Below the pieces are notes generated by a model that was not told where the DNA came from, did no database searches, and worked only from the letters and a program-made list of their open reading frames with translations. 57,697 nucleotides of DNA, from assembly GCF_004010195.1 (NCBI RefSeq), contig NC_057728.1:41261821-41319517 (forward strand). The letters run 5' to 3'. This DNA is from Chiloscyllium plagiosum (Eukaryota). The position numbers and the translations under genes are program-made. Numbering within the stretch: position 1 is the first letter of the stretch; every line of letters starts with the position of its first letter. Below are positions 39,101 to 51,854 of this stretch, piece after piece.

Positions 39101-41704
39101 TCAGTTTTATAAGGAATTCAAAAGTGTGTTGGTGGAGCCACTTTTGGGGATGTATAGCTATTCTTATACATTGGATTGTCTTCTACCCTCTTTTAGGGAG
39201 GCTAAGATTTCCCTCATTTTAAAGAAGGGAAAGACCCTGAAGAATGTGCTTCATACAGACCAATTTCGTTCTTGAATGTAGACTTTAAAATTCTGTTAAA
39301 GGTGCTGGTCCTGAGATTGGAAAAGGTATTGCCCCATATTATAAAAGAAGATGAAATGGGTTTTGTTAAGTGCTGTACCTCCTCCAACAATATTCAGGAG
39401 GGTACAGCAGGTATGCCAGCAAAGATTGATCCCGGGTTTAGTAGTCTCCCTAGACTCGGGAAAGGCGTTTGACTGGATAGAATGGCTGTACCTGTTTGGG
39501 GTCCTAGAGAGCTTTGGTCTGGGGGAAGCCTTTGCCAGATGGGTGGTAGTATTGTATAATGATCCTAAGGTGGTAATCGTGACAAAAGGCACTAAGTCAG
39601 AAAACTTTAATATTGGGAGAGGTAGTTGACAGGGGTGTCCTCTTTCATCACCAAGGGTGGGAATGGGGGATCATAAGATCACCCGATACGCTGATGATGT
39701 CCTTTTGTTCTTGGCCAATCTGCAGGAGTCTGTTCCTTGATTGATTCAAAAATTTTATTTATTTGGCAGTTTTTTGGGCTACAGGATCAACTTCACAAAA
39801 TCAGAAGCTATGCCAGTGGGAGGGATTAATGGAGGTGCCTGATCTGAAGAATGGCACGCAGTTCCTGTTTAGATGGTTGTCAATACATTTTTTATGTTTG
39901 GGAATGTTTATTCCCCCTGCCTTCCACCAGCTGTATAAAGCTAACTATGTACAACTACTGCAGAGGATAAAACAGGATTTGTGGCGGTGGGATCATGTTT
40001 AGGCCGAATAGCCCTGATTGAAATGAATGTTCTTCCTCGCCGTTGTACCCTATGAGAATGCTCCCCTTGTTGCTACACAGATGAGTGTTAGGGAGGCTCA
40101 GTGATTAGCTGGGATCCTTTATTTAATATTGCAGGCGCCCCCTAATTAAATTTATTAAATTGCAACTCTAGTAGGGTGAGTGGGGGTGGACCTTCCGGAC
40201 TTGAAAAGATATCAAATAAGTGGCCTGTTAGCATATGTGGGTGACTAGGTACAGGGGGATTCGGAATCACTTTGGCTTGATGTTGAAGCCTCGCAGTCGT
40301 GATGTCCCCTAGTTAATCTATTTTTTATAATAAGATGAAATCCATGATCGAGCAGTGTAAGAGACCAATTTTAAATACGGTGAAGGCTTGGAGGGTAATG
40401 AGGCAAGCCAAGGGCAATTGGCTTAAGACCTCCCACCCTATTGGCAGGAGCCCAAGGATTTAAATCTGGGGCAATGGACTCTGGCTTGGGATACGAAGAG
40501 AATCTCTTATTTGGGAGATTTATTCAAGGGCGAGGTCTTGATGTCACTTAGCTAACTAAGTCAGAAATATGGATTGTCTAATAGGGACCTTTTCCGGTAC
40601 TTTCAGATAAGGGATTAGATAAGAGGAAGATCAAGCTCCTGGCTCAGCCTTACAAGTCAGACATGGAGAAAAGAGTGCTCTGGTGCATGGGTGCTCTTTC
40701 AGTTAGTACTTTGTATCATTACAGAAAGTACGTGCCTTAGAAGATGTGGAGAGACTTGTAGGACTTTGAATCAGGAACTAGGAGAGGATATTTCACTGGA
40801 AACGTGGGAAGGTATATGGAAAATGTAAAGAAAATCTCAATATGTAACAAATCACAGGCCATGTAATTGAAAATTTTACATATGGCACCAGAGAGGCTAG
40901 CTAAGTTCAAGAGAGGAGCGTCTCCAGGGTGTCCCAAATGTAAAATTAGTATCGGCTCTCTCACACACTGCTACAGGTCATGTTGCAAGATCCGGAGATA
41001 CAGAAGTGCCATAGTAAGTGAGCTGAAGGAAAACCTGAGAATTGAAGTCAAAGTGGACCTGGTATTTCTTCTTCTGGGTTGCCAAATTTGCTCTCTCTGG
41101 GGAACACAGGAAGAGACTGTGCAAAGTTCTTACCCACTGTGCGAAGAAGAACATTTTAATGAATTGGATGTTGGGAACAAACCCTAGGTCAAATGCAGGC
41201 TGGTGATGGAGCATCTCCCCTGAGACTACTTCACAGATATGGTGCACCACAAAACGGAGAAGTTTTATAAAACGTGACGGCCCTTTCTTCATTATATTGA
41301 CGCAGACTTATCGGTAATATTAATTAGGGCCATGATATCCGTTTGGCCACCTGTGGGGCCCTGGGAGAGGGAAGCTGGGGGAACAAAATACGGGTACAAT
41401 GACTGGTGCCCCCAAGGGTGGGAACTTTCGTGGAGGTGTGGCGAGTGAAATAGAATAAAGTAATGTGATAAAATTTAATTTAAGCTAATTTGAATTTAGC
41501 TTTGTTTAATTTTTATTTAATTTGATTGTGGTCTAGTTTAAGTTAAGCAGATACATTTGTTCTGGTGGAATAGTAGGTATTTTATCATTAATAGTATTGT
41601 GATATGATATTGTTGTACTACCTCTATCGTTTCGTATTTTGATCATGTTTTTATACATTGTTTTGTAAAAGATTTGAAACAATTTTTAATAGAAATATTT
41701 ATTT
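36198..41704 (+). mobile_element. Apparently full-length, inactivated L1-clade LINE
   Basis: 5' caagatgg; ORF1 remnants LDNLENKSRR and MFFQDFS; ORF2 remnants TWNVKG, GGDFN, TRID, DHAP, KALGPD, YRPIS, QGCPLS, YADD, CPKC...HC...C; TSD aaaa(tg)tcttattttt at 36184-36197 / 41705-41720; many stops and frameshifts. Confidence 0.9.
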
Positions 41705-42207
41705 AAAATGTCTTATTTTTTAACTCATTATTTACTTTTGCTTTAACTTATTCGTTCATATTTTCCACAACATTTCATTTATTGTACATCTGCCTTTTAT
41801 CTTTTGGGGAATAACACATATGCTTCACCCAAATCTATCCAACACAAGCAACATGGATTGTTAAAAACAAAGTTGCCCTGTTCCAATGTCAGGCTCTCTG
41901 CTCCCCTTTTCACCAAGTCACTCAACCCAGTGCTTTTCATGTCTTTTCAGTCCATTTATAATGGCCTTTTATGATAGCTCATTACATCTGACTTTTTAAA
42001 ACCACCTATCCTTGCTAGTTATTGATGCACTCCTTATTTGATTTGGTTTGCTGCTTGAATGGTCACTGTACAAATTAGGGTACACCTCTCAGTTTTATAT
42101 TTTCTAAATACTGTAACACATTTAATTTGCAGGGTTTTAGTCTGATTTGATGGAACACTTGCTAGGTATATACCTTGGTAAGAAGTACAGTATGTTATTA
42201 CTGGATA

Positions 42208-42690
42208 AGTCATAAAGTCACATAGCACAGAAACAGGCCCTTTGGCCCAATCATCCATGCCCACCAGGTTTCCTACACTGAACTCTTCCCATTTGCCTGC
42301 ATTTGGCCCAGAATCCTCCAAACCTTTCTGATCCATGTACCTGTCCAAATGTCTTTTTAAATGTTATAACTGTACTCGCCTCTACCACTTCCTCTGGCAG
42401 CTTGATCCATAAATGCACCACCCTCTATGAAAGAAAGTTGCTCCTCAGGTCCCTTTTAAATCTTTACCCTCTCACTTTAAAACTATGCCCTCTAGTTTTG
42501 GACTCATCTACCCTGGGGACCTTGAATATTCACCCTATGCATACCCTTCATGATTTTATAAACCTCTATAAGGTCACCCCTCAGCCTCCCACACTCGAGG
42601 AGAAAGGTACCAGCCTATCCAACCTCTCTCATGACTCAAACTCTCCAGTGTCTGCAACATCTTTGAGTGTGAAGCCTAGTCTGTTGAATC
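42208..42690 (-). mobile_element. CR1 3' fragment
   Basis: Homologous to 33991-34470. Confidence 0.85.
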
Positions 42691-43154
42691 CTATGTTGTC
42701 TTTTTATTTTAACATAGTAGTCATTTAGTGGAACATAAGATTGCAAGCTGCGGATTTTCTTTAAGAATAAAACAATAATACATAAAAGGAAAAAGTAATA
42801 AAATGTAACAAAACAAGCTATCCAAATATAGAGCAGCATTCTTAAAAATCTTAAAATACAAAGGAAATCAAAGTTTAAATTCAAATCCAGAGAGATTACT
42901 CCTCTGTCTCATGCCTTTAAGTTCAATACTTTCCTGTGAACTGTGAAGTTGTTTTAACATAAATATTCACAAAACTGAAAGCTTTCTCAGTTTTTAATGA
43001 TCTCCAGAGTTCTAACCAAGCCCTCCTTATCTGGAAGCTTCATAAACTAACTTTCTATTAAGTTAACCCACTCCCTAAAATTCTTTAGGCTTCTGATCCC
43101 AGTTAGGTCTCTTTCAAATAAAAGTAAAATAGTTTGAATGTAGGACTGAGTTAC

Positions 43155-43305
43155 AAACAGAAAGCGCTGGAGAAACTGGCAACATCAACTCTGAAGAAGA
43201 TTCATGCTAGTCTCTGAAGCACTAACTGTGTTTTTCTCTCCCCAGATGCTGCCAGAAACCCACTGGGTTTCTGCAGTAATTTCTGTTTTTCTTTCTGATC
43301 TCTTC
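43155..43305. mobile_element. Decayed Penelope-derived mini element
   Basis: Short inverted arms like 24975-25191; remnant core ctCTGAAGAaga at about 43189. Confidence 0.55.
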
Positions 43306-43586
43306 CAAAACTGTACAAAATGTCTAATCTGGGTTTCTGAAGCTAAAATCAAGCCCTTGATTATTTTAAACAAATATTAATTCATGGCTGTCATTGTTTA
43401 CACTGCCAGATTGTTATTCCAACATCATGCAAATCACTTTCCATTAACACTGCAGGAGTTGCAAGCTCTCAAACACACAGTGGATTCGCTCATGATTTTG
43501 GAAAGAACTTGCTTTTTTTCAAACTATTCATAAAAGTAGCCAACACCCATATGTAATTAGTATGAATTTTTTTTTTAAAAGTATGC

Positions 43587-43897
43587 TTAGATTTGATTCC
43601 CTACAGTGTGGAAACAGGCCCTTTGGCCCAAAAAGTCCACACCAACCCTCTGAAGAGTAACCCACCCAGACCCATTTCCCTCTGACTAATGCACCTAACA
43701 CTATGGGCAATTTAGCATGGCCAGTTCACCTGACCTGCACATCTTTGTGACTGTGGGAGGAAACTGGAGCACCCGGAGGAAACCCACGCAGACACAGGGA
43801 GAATGTGCAAACTCCACACAATCACCCAAGGCTGGAATTGAACCCAGGTCCTTGGCACTGTGAGGCAGCAGTGCTAACCACTGAGCCACCATGCTGC
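43587..43897 (-). mobile_element. HE1-type V-SINE, full length
   Basis: tRNA head, V domain, aatct-type tail. Confidence 0.93.
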
Positions 43898-44477
43898 TAT
43901 TTATTATATATAAATTAGCTAGGATATCTGTATTTACAGAAGTTTCAACCTTTTTAAAATAAATGTAAAAACAATATAACTATCAAAGAGAAAATAATAT
44001 TTCAGTCAGATAAGATTGTGGGTTTTTCACACTATTATGTTTGATATCTAAAAAAACTACACGTTCTGTCCTGAGATTGAATTTAGAAAACACTTATTCC
44101 ATCCCAAGCCCCATACACATGATCAATCCTTTCTAAAATACTTCAATGATCCGTGTTGAAAAGGAATATTTTTTAATGCTACCCATACTCAAGTAATATG
44201 ATACACACATTACTTGGCTTTTTCACTTCATACCAAACCATTTATATCTGAATTCCCAGATCAGTTAGGCCTCTGATCACTTTTGTGTTGTTAGATATTA
44301 CTGTACTCTCAATTTCTGCACTGCTTCCTGGAATACCACACCTTGGCAATAATGCATTTGACTTGCTGAACACTGCAGAACTGTGAAAATATTTGCAAAA
44401 GTGTGATTGAGTTCACCTTCTTCAGAACATCAGGTCCAATTCTGCTGAATATAAAGTGCTTTGAAATATTAATTTCT

Positions 44478-45425
44478 GATGCAGGTACAGTTGCAACATT
44501 GAAAAGACGTTTGGACAGGTCAGCATGGATTCATTGGACTGAAGGGTCTGTTTCCGTGTTGTATTACTCTGACTCTAACCAATTTACCTTTCATATCAAT
44601 GACTTTGATGAATGTACCTAGGATAATATATCCAAGCTTACTGATGTTGGGTGGGAAAGCTAGCTGTGAAGGGGTGCAAATAAACTGAAATGGCTAATGA
44701 AACTTGCAGATGGAATAATAAGGGAAAATGTGAAGTTATCCACTTATGGAAAAATAGAAAAGTAGAATCATCATCTAATTGGTGAATACAGATTGACATT
44801 GTTCATTAATCATGGCAAGTTATGATGCAAGTATGTCCAGCAATTAAGAAATATACCTGCTTTTGCTGCAAAGAATCCAGGTTGTGGAGTAAAGGATTCT
44901 TACTCTCATATTTGCTTGAGATCACACCCGGAGTGCTGAATACTGTTTGGTCTCCTTACCTCAGACAGCCATATTTTCACTGGGGAGAAGTATGGCAAAG
45001 ACTGATCCCTGGGATAAGGGGGTTGTCCTCTGCGAATTGAGTCAGTAGATTTGGCCTATATTCCCCAAAAGTCATCTCATTCAAGTATTTTTTCATGGGC
45101 TCAATGGAGTTGATGTTGGGAGGATGTTTCCATAGTCGAGGGAATCTAGGATTAGGGATCACAGTGTCAGAATAAGGAGTTGGTCACTTAGAACTGAGTT
45201 TAGGAGAAATTTCATCACTCAGATGGTGTTGAATTTTTTTTGAACATCTTTTTGAACAGTTGTGAATTTTTCATCAGAGTATATTCAAAATGGAATTTTG
45301 AAGCCAAGCAAATTAAGGCATATGAAGATATCAAGGGAAGCTGGTTTTGGAGTATTAAATCAATCATTTTATTACTGACTGATATATGCAAGCTCAAAAG
45401 GCTGAATGGCCTACTGCGCCTACAT
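44478..45425 (+). mobile_element. Decayed CR1 fragments
   Basis: INDFDE, VWSPYLR and RLIPG remnants; CR1-like tails. Confidence 0.65.
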
Positions 45426-46294
45426 TTGTCGGAAGTTTTGGCTTGTTGATAAAAGCCTGCCCTGAGTCAGGAGGTCAGAGGTTCAAACCCTGCTTCAAAC
45501 AGTCTTGATCAGCTCTGCCTCTTAATTCTAAGTTGGCTCATCACATATATGTTATGAAAATTCATAAACCTGTCCTGCCATAGAGGACTAACAATCATGG
45601 GTAGGGAGAACAGTATTATGGAAAGTGTGTTCACACCTATTAGATTGTTGCAACCTATGAACTAATCTGTTAACTGCACATTAGTTTCCAAGGGAAAAGT
45701 GTGAAGATGCAGAAACAACAATGTGACATCCAGCTATTTAGTGTAAGTTATTTCGACACAAACCTTCAAATTGACACCTTAAGTGAAAACATGATTTCTC
45801 CAAAGGGACTGAAATTTGCATCTAATTTGTCCTTGATCCTGTTGCATTGTACAGTGAGTCGTTCAGGACATGTCTGATGATTGGCAATAGGCTATTCGGT
45901 ATACCAAAATCTTATGTATATCTGTGGTACTTACACTGGTGATTGCAAATAGATTAAATTACACCTGATGAAATGGTTAGAAATTGTAGAACTTTGCTAT
46001 TCATTTAACTAGGATTCATTTTATTATTTCTAAACCATGATATTAAACTGGGAATTTAACTTCCAAGTGTAATCAGTCAGTAACCAAGAGAGGCCAAAGA
46101 TAAATAGGATTACCGCTGCTTCCAAAGCAGTATAGCACTCATTGTCTTCGATAGATCTGTGGGGTAGAAAGTTCTCCTTCACTTCAACTTCTCTGTTATT
46201 GTCTGTGGGAGAGAAAAAGAACACAAAAACAGCTATTTTCATTTGCAGTATAGTAGCAGACTGCATTACCAACAGATAACCAAAGCAGCGAAGT

Positions 46295-46596
46295 GGGTGG
46301 CACGGTGGCACAGTGGCTAGCACTGCTGCCTCACAGCGCCAGAAACCCGGGTTCAATTCCCACCTGTGTGGAGTTTGCACGTTCTCCCCGTGTCTGCGTG
46401 GGTTTCCTCCGGGTGCTCCGGTTTCCTCCCACAGTCCAAAGATGTGCAGGTCAGGTGAATTGGCCATGCTAAATTGCCCGTAGTGTTAGGTAAGGGGTAA
46501 ATGTAGGGGTATGGGTGGGTTGCGCTTCGGCGGGTCGGTGTGGACTTGTTGGGCCGAAGGGCCTGTTTCCACACTGTAATGTAATCTAAAAATCTA
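46295..46596 (+). mobile_element. HE1-type V-SINE, full length
   Basis: gggtggcacggtggcacagtgg; V domain tgtgtggagtttgcacgttctcccc; tail. Confidence 0.95.
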
Positions 46597-48354
46597 AAAA
46601 AGCTCACAAGGGGGACTTCACTACACTATTACCAAGCCAGTAACAAAAGCCTTGCGTTGATATGTTTTACTAGGTCTCAGCAAGGGGTACATTAAGGGGC
46701 TCTTAGATGTGACCTTTGTTCAAGTGTAGGAAAAGGAAGACTCAATTGATACTCCTATTCCTAATTGCTAACAATGATTTGCATTATGCCCCATCTCCAT
46801 GGGGTTATCAGACTTGGCTGTCTTCCACATTGAGTTTCCAATGTTCCTAAAATCAGAGGTATTACCCCCCAGATACCCACACATGTGCATACCCTCTTTG
46901 AGAGCTTGGGAGATCAGCCATTTAAACATCTAATTGCAATGCATCTCCCCTGCTATGATTTCTACTTCTGTAACATCACTGGTTGTGGTTAGAGAAGCCT
47001 CCAACATCTGTGATGTCCCATGACCAGCAGGACAGCGCTGTGTCAATATGAAACAATTAGCAGGGGAGTGGCTAGGAATGAGGGAATCTCAGCAATTTGA
47101 GAGGAGTGTGATTTCTACAATGGGAGATTGGGAGTGGGGGATAGAAAGAGAATTCAGAATGGAGAAACAAAGAGGGAGACTGGGAAACCAGGATAAAGGT
47201 GGACAGGAAATCAGGAGTCAGCGAGAGATTATAACGGGGAATGTATAGTTTGGGAGATGGAGAGCCCTGGCAAATGAGGTGGGTATGGAGGATCTTTATT
47301 CTAGTACTGGGACTTCAGGAACTTTTTTCTGTTAGCAAAGATTTTTGATCTTTCAGAGATAACCTATATGTACAAACAACAGTTAGTTATAATAAAGTTA
47401 ATACTAAAGATTGAGACTGGATGACTGTCAAACCATCTTTACATCCTTTAATTTTCAATGAAAATTCCTCACTTTTATTCATCAAACACTCTGCCCAGAT
47501 TTCAGCCCTGCTCATATCAGTTAGGGTACCCTGCCCTGTTGAAACCCTGACTATTTCTAATCAATATAGCAGTAATATCTGAACATACCAGATCACTCTC
47601 ACATTGCTTTCAAGTCTTTTCTAATTTCCAGATAAGGTATCTTAATGCCCCCCTCCCTTAGCAAGTTGTCCCCAGGCCTGTGATCTCCTGTGGCGGGTGA
47701 AGAAAGTCTTTTTGGTTTGTATAAATCTTCTCAATGTAATCAGCATTACCTCTGCTCGCCTTGCATTCATTCTGATGATTAATTTATTTTCAAAATCGAG
47801 TCAGTAAGATGATGCTTAAGACATCCCACCAAGCTAACACAAGATGATTCAACTATAATAAGCTAGATAAAATCTTAAAATAACTAATACACTAAAAAGA
47901 AGCAAAAGCTACTTAATTGTCGTGACAATCTCCTCAAAATTGTTCTGAAAATGTAGTTATCACATGATTCTAGACCACTATACTAGAAGGGAGTAGCTGT
48001 CCCATCAGAAAGCACAACAAAAAGAAACATGCGGAACCAATTAAATATTGGGAAGTTCCTAAACCTTATGAGGGAACCTTGAATTAAGTGTGTCAGATGT
48101 TCAGTAACTTCCTCTTAACTCCACTACTAACTGTTTTTGAAAATTAGTCTGTTCTGAGTGCGTAGGTGCATCAGAAGCTCATAAACGTTTAACTCAATAA
48201 CTCAAACCAAAAGTGATAGGTCACATGATCATCAATTTACCCAGAGGTCGTTGTGACCCTTATGGTTGGCTACCTGAATAATAGATAATCTATGGGGGCA
48301 AACTCTTTCCAGCATTTAGTACTCTATTTTCTAAATTCAATTTAAACAATTTGT

Positions 48355-48665
48355 GGGAGGCACGGTGGCACAGTGGTTAGCACTGCTGCCTCACAGCGCC
48401 AGAGACCCGGGTTCAATTCCAGCCTCAGGCGACTGACTGTGTGGAGTTTGCACATTCTCACCGTGTCTGCGTGGGTTTGCTCCGGTTTCCTCCCACAGTC
48501 CAAAGATGTGCAGGTCAGGTGAATTGGCCAAGCTAAATTGCCTGTGGTGTTGGGTGAAGGGGTAAATGTAGGGGTATGGGTGGGTTGCGCTTCGGCGGGT
48601 CGGTGTGGACTTGTTGGGCCGAAGGGCCTATTTCCACACTGTAATGTAATCTAATCTAATCTAAT
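48355..48665 (+). mobile_element. HE1-type V-SINE, full length
   Basis: Same structure; (aatct)n tail. Confidence 0.95.
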
Positions 48666-49361
48666 TTAATTCAGCGACTTGGTAATTTAAATATATATTG
48701 AAGTTATTGAAAGAGAAAAAATGACGGGTGAAATAAAAGGTCTAGTTTCTTTGTCGTGGTGGTCATATTGCTAATTACATCCCCCAATTCTTGTATCAGG
48801 GACAACTGGGATGTAAATTAAGTTGATCCTTTGAGAGATAGAAAGTTTCACCATAATCTACTTTGATTAGGCAACTCCAATTGCATTTTAAAAAAGCTCA
48901 TCCCAGGTGTGTACTGCAGACTATCAGGTCAGAATATCTAAGTACAGGTCGTCTAAACAGAAAACTGCTGGAGCAGGTTTTTGCCTAGGCTCTACGTTAA
49001 AACACAGGCAGCAAGTTAAAAGTGAATTAGTATTTGAAGGCAAATTGATTTTAATTCTAACCCTTCAATTGCTCCATTTATGTTGCCAGAAAAAAAAGGC
49101 AGCTTAATGTTGAATGCTAGCCTAATGTCAGTGTGCTTATTGACTGATTGGAGAAAGGAGTTGATATCTATTTTTAAATAAGTAGGGAAAATGAAAAAAA
49201 TGAAATACAGTTTTATGTTTTAAGTGAATTTATTGGTATCTATACAATTTAATATAAACTAAGTATAATTTGTAGAATTTTGGGAAACGGCAAGAAAATG
49301 GGATTAATTGGATAACGTTTGGAAAGAGCCAGCACAGACATTGTGGGTTGAATGGCCTCCT

Positions 49362-49545
49362 GTAAAGGTAAAAGGTAAAGTCACCTTTGTTCTGGAGGGC
49401 TACTGTCTCAGAGAGAGACAACTGGTGCCTCATAGCTAAGGGTGAGATTGAGAAAGACCATCTTTCATGGTAGTCACAGCTGGCTTGGTGATTCTGTTGG
49501 TGATTCTCTGCATCACAAACCAGCCATCCAATTAACTGAGCTAAC
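49362..49545 (-). mobile_element. tRNA-derived SINE (family of 21677-21890)
   Basis: Minus head gttagctcagttaattggatggctgg; tail (tttacc)n. Confidence 0.55.
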
Positions 49546-50526
49546 AGACTCATGATTTCCTTTACTGTATATTTGACGAAAATCAATTTTCTGTGAAAAA
49601 CTGGAAATATGCAGTAAATGTAATAGCTGTCTATTTATTATAGATAACAGACTTTAATCTCTACACCAGCATTCTCGAAAGCGTGGCTGGATGAGATAAT
49701 TAACCTTAGTCTGTTTAAATAATTTATTACTGTTAATAATTTTCAATTGAGCATCTTCACATTTCCTCCCACATGAACGATGACAATTGGAAAGCTCATT
49801 TAGCTTTCAAATGTTCAGTTAGACATCCATCATCAAAAGAGTGACCCTCAGTTAATAGTATATCTCTCACCTTTTCAGGAGCCTGTCATTATGAATATGG
49901 ACTAGACTAATTTATCTAAAATTATCTTGGCTTGAAGCATGTAATGTGTTTTGATTGATTAAACATCCCACCCAGGTTATTATATTTCCTTCAGTGTTTT
50001 CCTAACTTCACATAGTTCAAAGTTTCTTGTTTCCTGGATAAATCTTGATTGCAAAGTGTGTTCTCTGTATAATGTACTGTTTACAATTTTGTCTGCTACC
50101 AATTGCATGAGAGGATTGCTTTTAAATTCATAAATAGGTATGTCACATTTCAGTGTTGTGCACAGTGCACACTAATAATATCTGACAATGGTTTGCATAC
50201 CTTAACCAAAACTTGATGGAAGATATTATGCCTCATTATAAAATGTTTTTACGAAATATAATTTGCTAGTAACTTGTGACCAAACTGAATATGCTGTACC
50301 ACTATCGTCCACACACTATTTTACATCAAAGTATTAAATAACTTAGCTGTCATACAGGAAGTTCCTCCTCATTTAAAGTTGACTTGGTTAACATCTGCAT
50401 TGAGGAGAAAGTGAGGTCTGCAGATGCTGGAGATCAAAGTTGAAACTTTATTGCTGGAACAGCACAGCAGGTCAGGCAGCATCCAGGGAACAGGAGATTC
50501 GACGTTTCGGGCACAGGCCCTTCTTC

Positions 50527-51348
50527 TGCTGAAGGATATTGCTGCTTACAGAGGGACATAGATAAGCTGCAGAGTTGGGCTGAAAGGTGGCAAATGGAGT
50601 TTAATGCAGAAAAGTGTGAGGTGATTCATTTTGGAAGAAGTAACAGTAATACAGAGTACTGGGGTAATGGTAAGGTTCTTGCAGTGTGGATGAGCAGAAA
50701 GATCTCCGTGTCCATGTACATAGATCCCTGAAAGTTGCCACCCAGGTTAATAGGATTGTTAAGAAGGCATATGAACCATGGGGTTATGTTGCAGCTGTAG
50801 GAAACTATGGTGTGGCCGCACTTGGAGTATTGCGTACAGTTCTGGTTACCACATTATAGGAAGGATGTGTAAGTTTTGGAAAAGATGCAGAGGAGATTTA
50901 TGAGGATATTGTCTGGTATGGAAGGAAGGTCTTCTGAGGAAAGACTGAGTGACCTGAGGCTGTTTTCGTTAGAAGGAAGAGGTTGAGAGGTGACTTAATA
51001 GAGATGTGAAAGATGATCAGAGGATTAGATAGTGTTAGCAGAGAGAGACGTTTTCCTCGGATAGTGATGGCTAGCATGAGAGGACATAGCTTTAAATTGA
51101 GCGGTGATAGATATAGGACAGATGTCAGAGGGGTAGTTTCTTTACTCAGAGAGTAGTAATGGCGTGAAACTCCCTGCCTGCAACTGTAGTAGACTCACCG
51201 ACTTTAATGTCTTTTTAAATGGCCATTGGATAAACATATGGATGATAATGCAACAATGCAGGTTAGTTCAGCTTCAGGCTGGTTTCACAGGTCAGCACAA
51301 CATTGAGGGTCAGAGAGCCTGGACTGTGCTGTAATGTTCTGTGTTCTT
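50527..51348 (+). mobile_element. Decayed CR1 3' fragment inside the composite insertion
   Basis: LQRDIDKLQSWAERWQMEFNAEKCEVIHFG; internal deletion near 50775; in-frame stops; CR1 tail. Confidence 0.9.
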
Positions 51349-51454
51349 TGAAAGCAAGATAATATTTCGAGTCTGGCGATTCTTCATCAGAACTGTTAAC
51401 AGCTCAGGAAAGGTGGTAATATATTGAAGTGACGTTTGTGGGAAGGGGTTGGTC

Positions 51455-51800
51455 TTGCACAAGGTGACTTACTTGCCGATTTACTTCCTCCAACCTCAGT
51501 ATCCAAGGCCTCAGGCACACCTTCCAGGTGAAGCAGCAGCTTACCTGCACTTCTCTCAACTCATTTATTTCATTCACTGCTCAGAATGTGGTCTCCTGTA
51601 TATCGGGGGAGATGAAACACAGATTTGATGACCGCTTTGCTGAACACCTACACTCTGTCTGTAAAACATGACCCAGAGTTTCCCACTGCCTCCACTTCAA
51701 CACACCACTGTGTTCCTACACCAACATTTCTGTCCCAGATCTGTTGCAGTGTTCCTTAACGCAAGTTCAAAGAACAACACTTCATTTTCCACTTGGGGAT
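51455..51800 (+). mobile_element. Decayed Penelope GIY-YIG endonuclease fragment
   Basis: IYFIHCSECGLLYIG (YIG at 51599-51607) and DRFAEH; frameshifted; preceded by a decayed minus-strand hammerhead at 51358-51393. Confidence 0.75.
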
Positions 51801-51818
51801 TCTGTTTCTGTTCTTCTC

Positions 51819-51854
51819 ATTCCTGAAGAAGGGCCTGTGCCCGAAACGTCGAAT
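51819..51854 (+). ncRNA. Minimal hammerhead ribozyme motif, intact
   Basis: AUUC CUGAAGA A GGGC CUGU GCCC GAAA CG UC GAAU; stems I and II fully paired; predicted cleavage after C51850. Confidence 0.8.

Noticed and set aside
46295..46365. tRNA genes here and at other SINE heads
   Set aside because: A/B boxes run directly into SINE bodies and tails; no complete cloverleaf evident.
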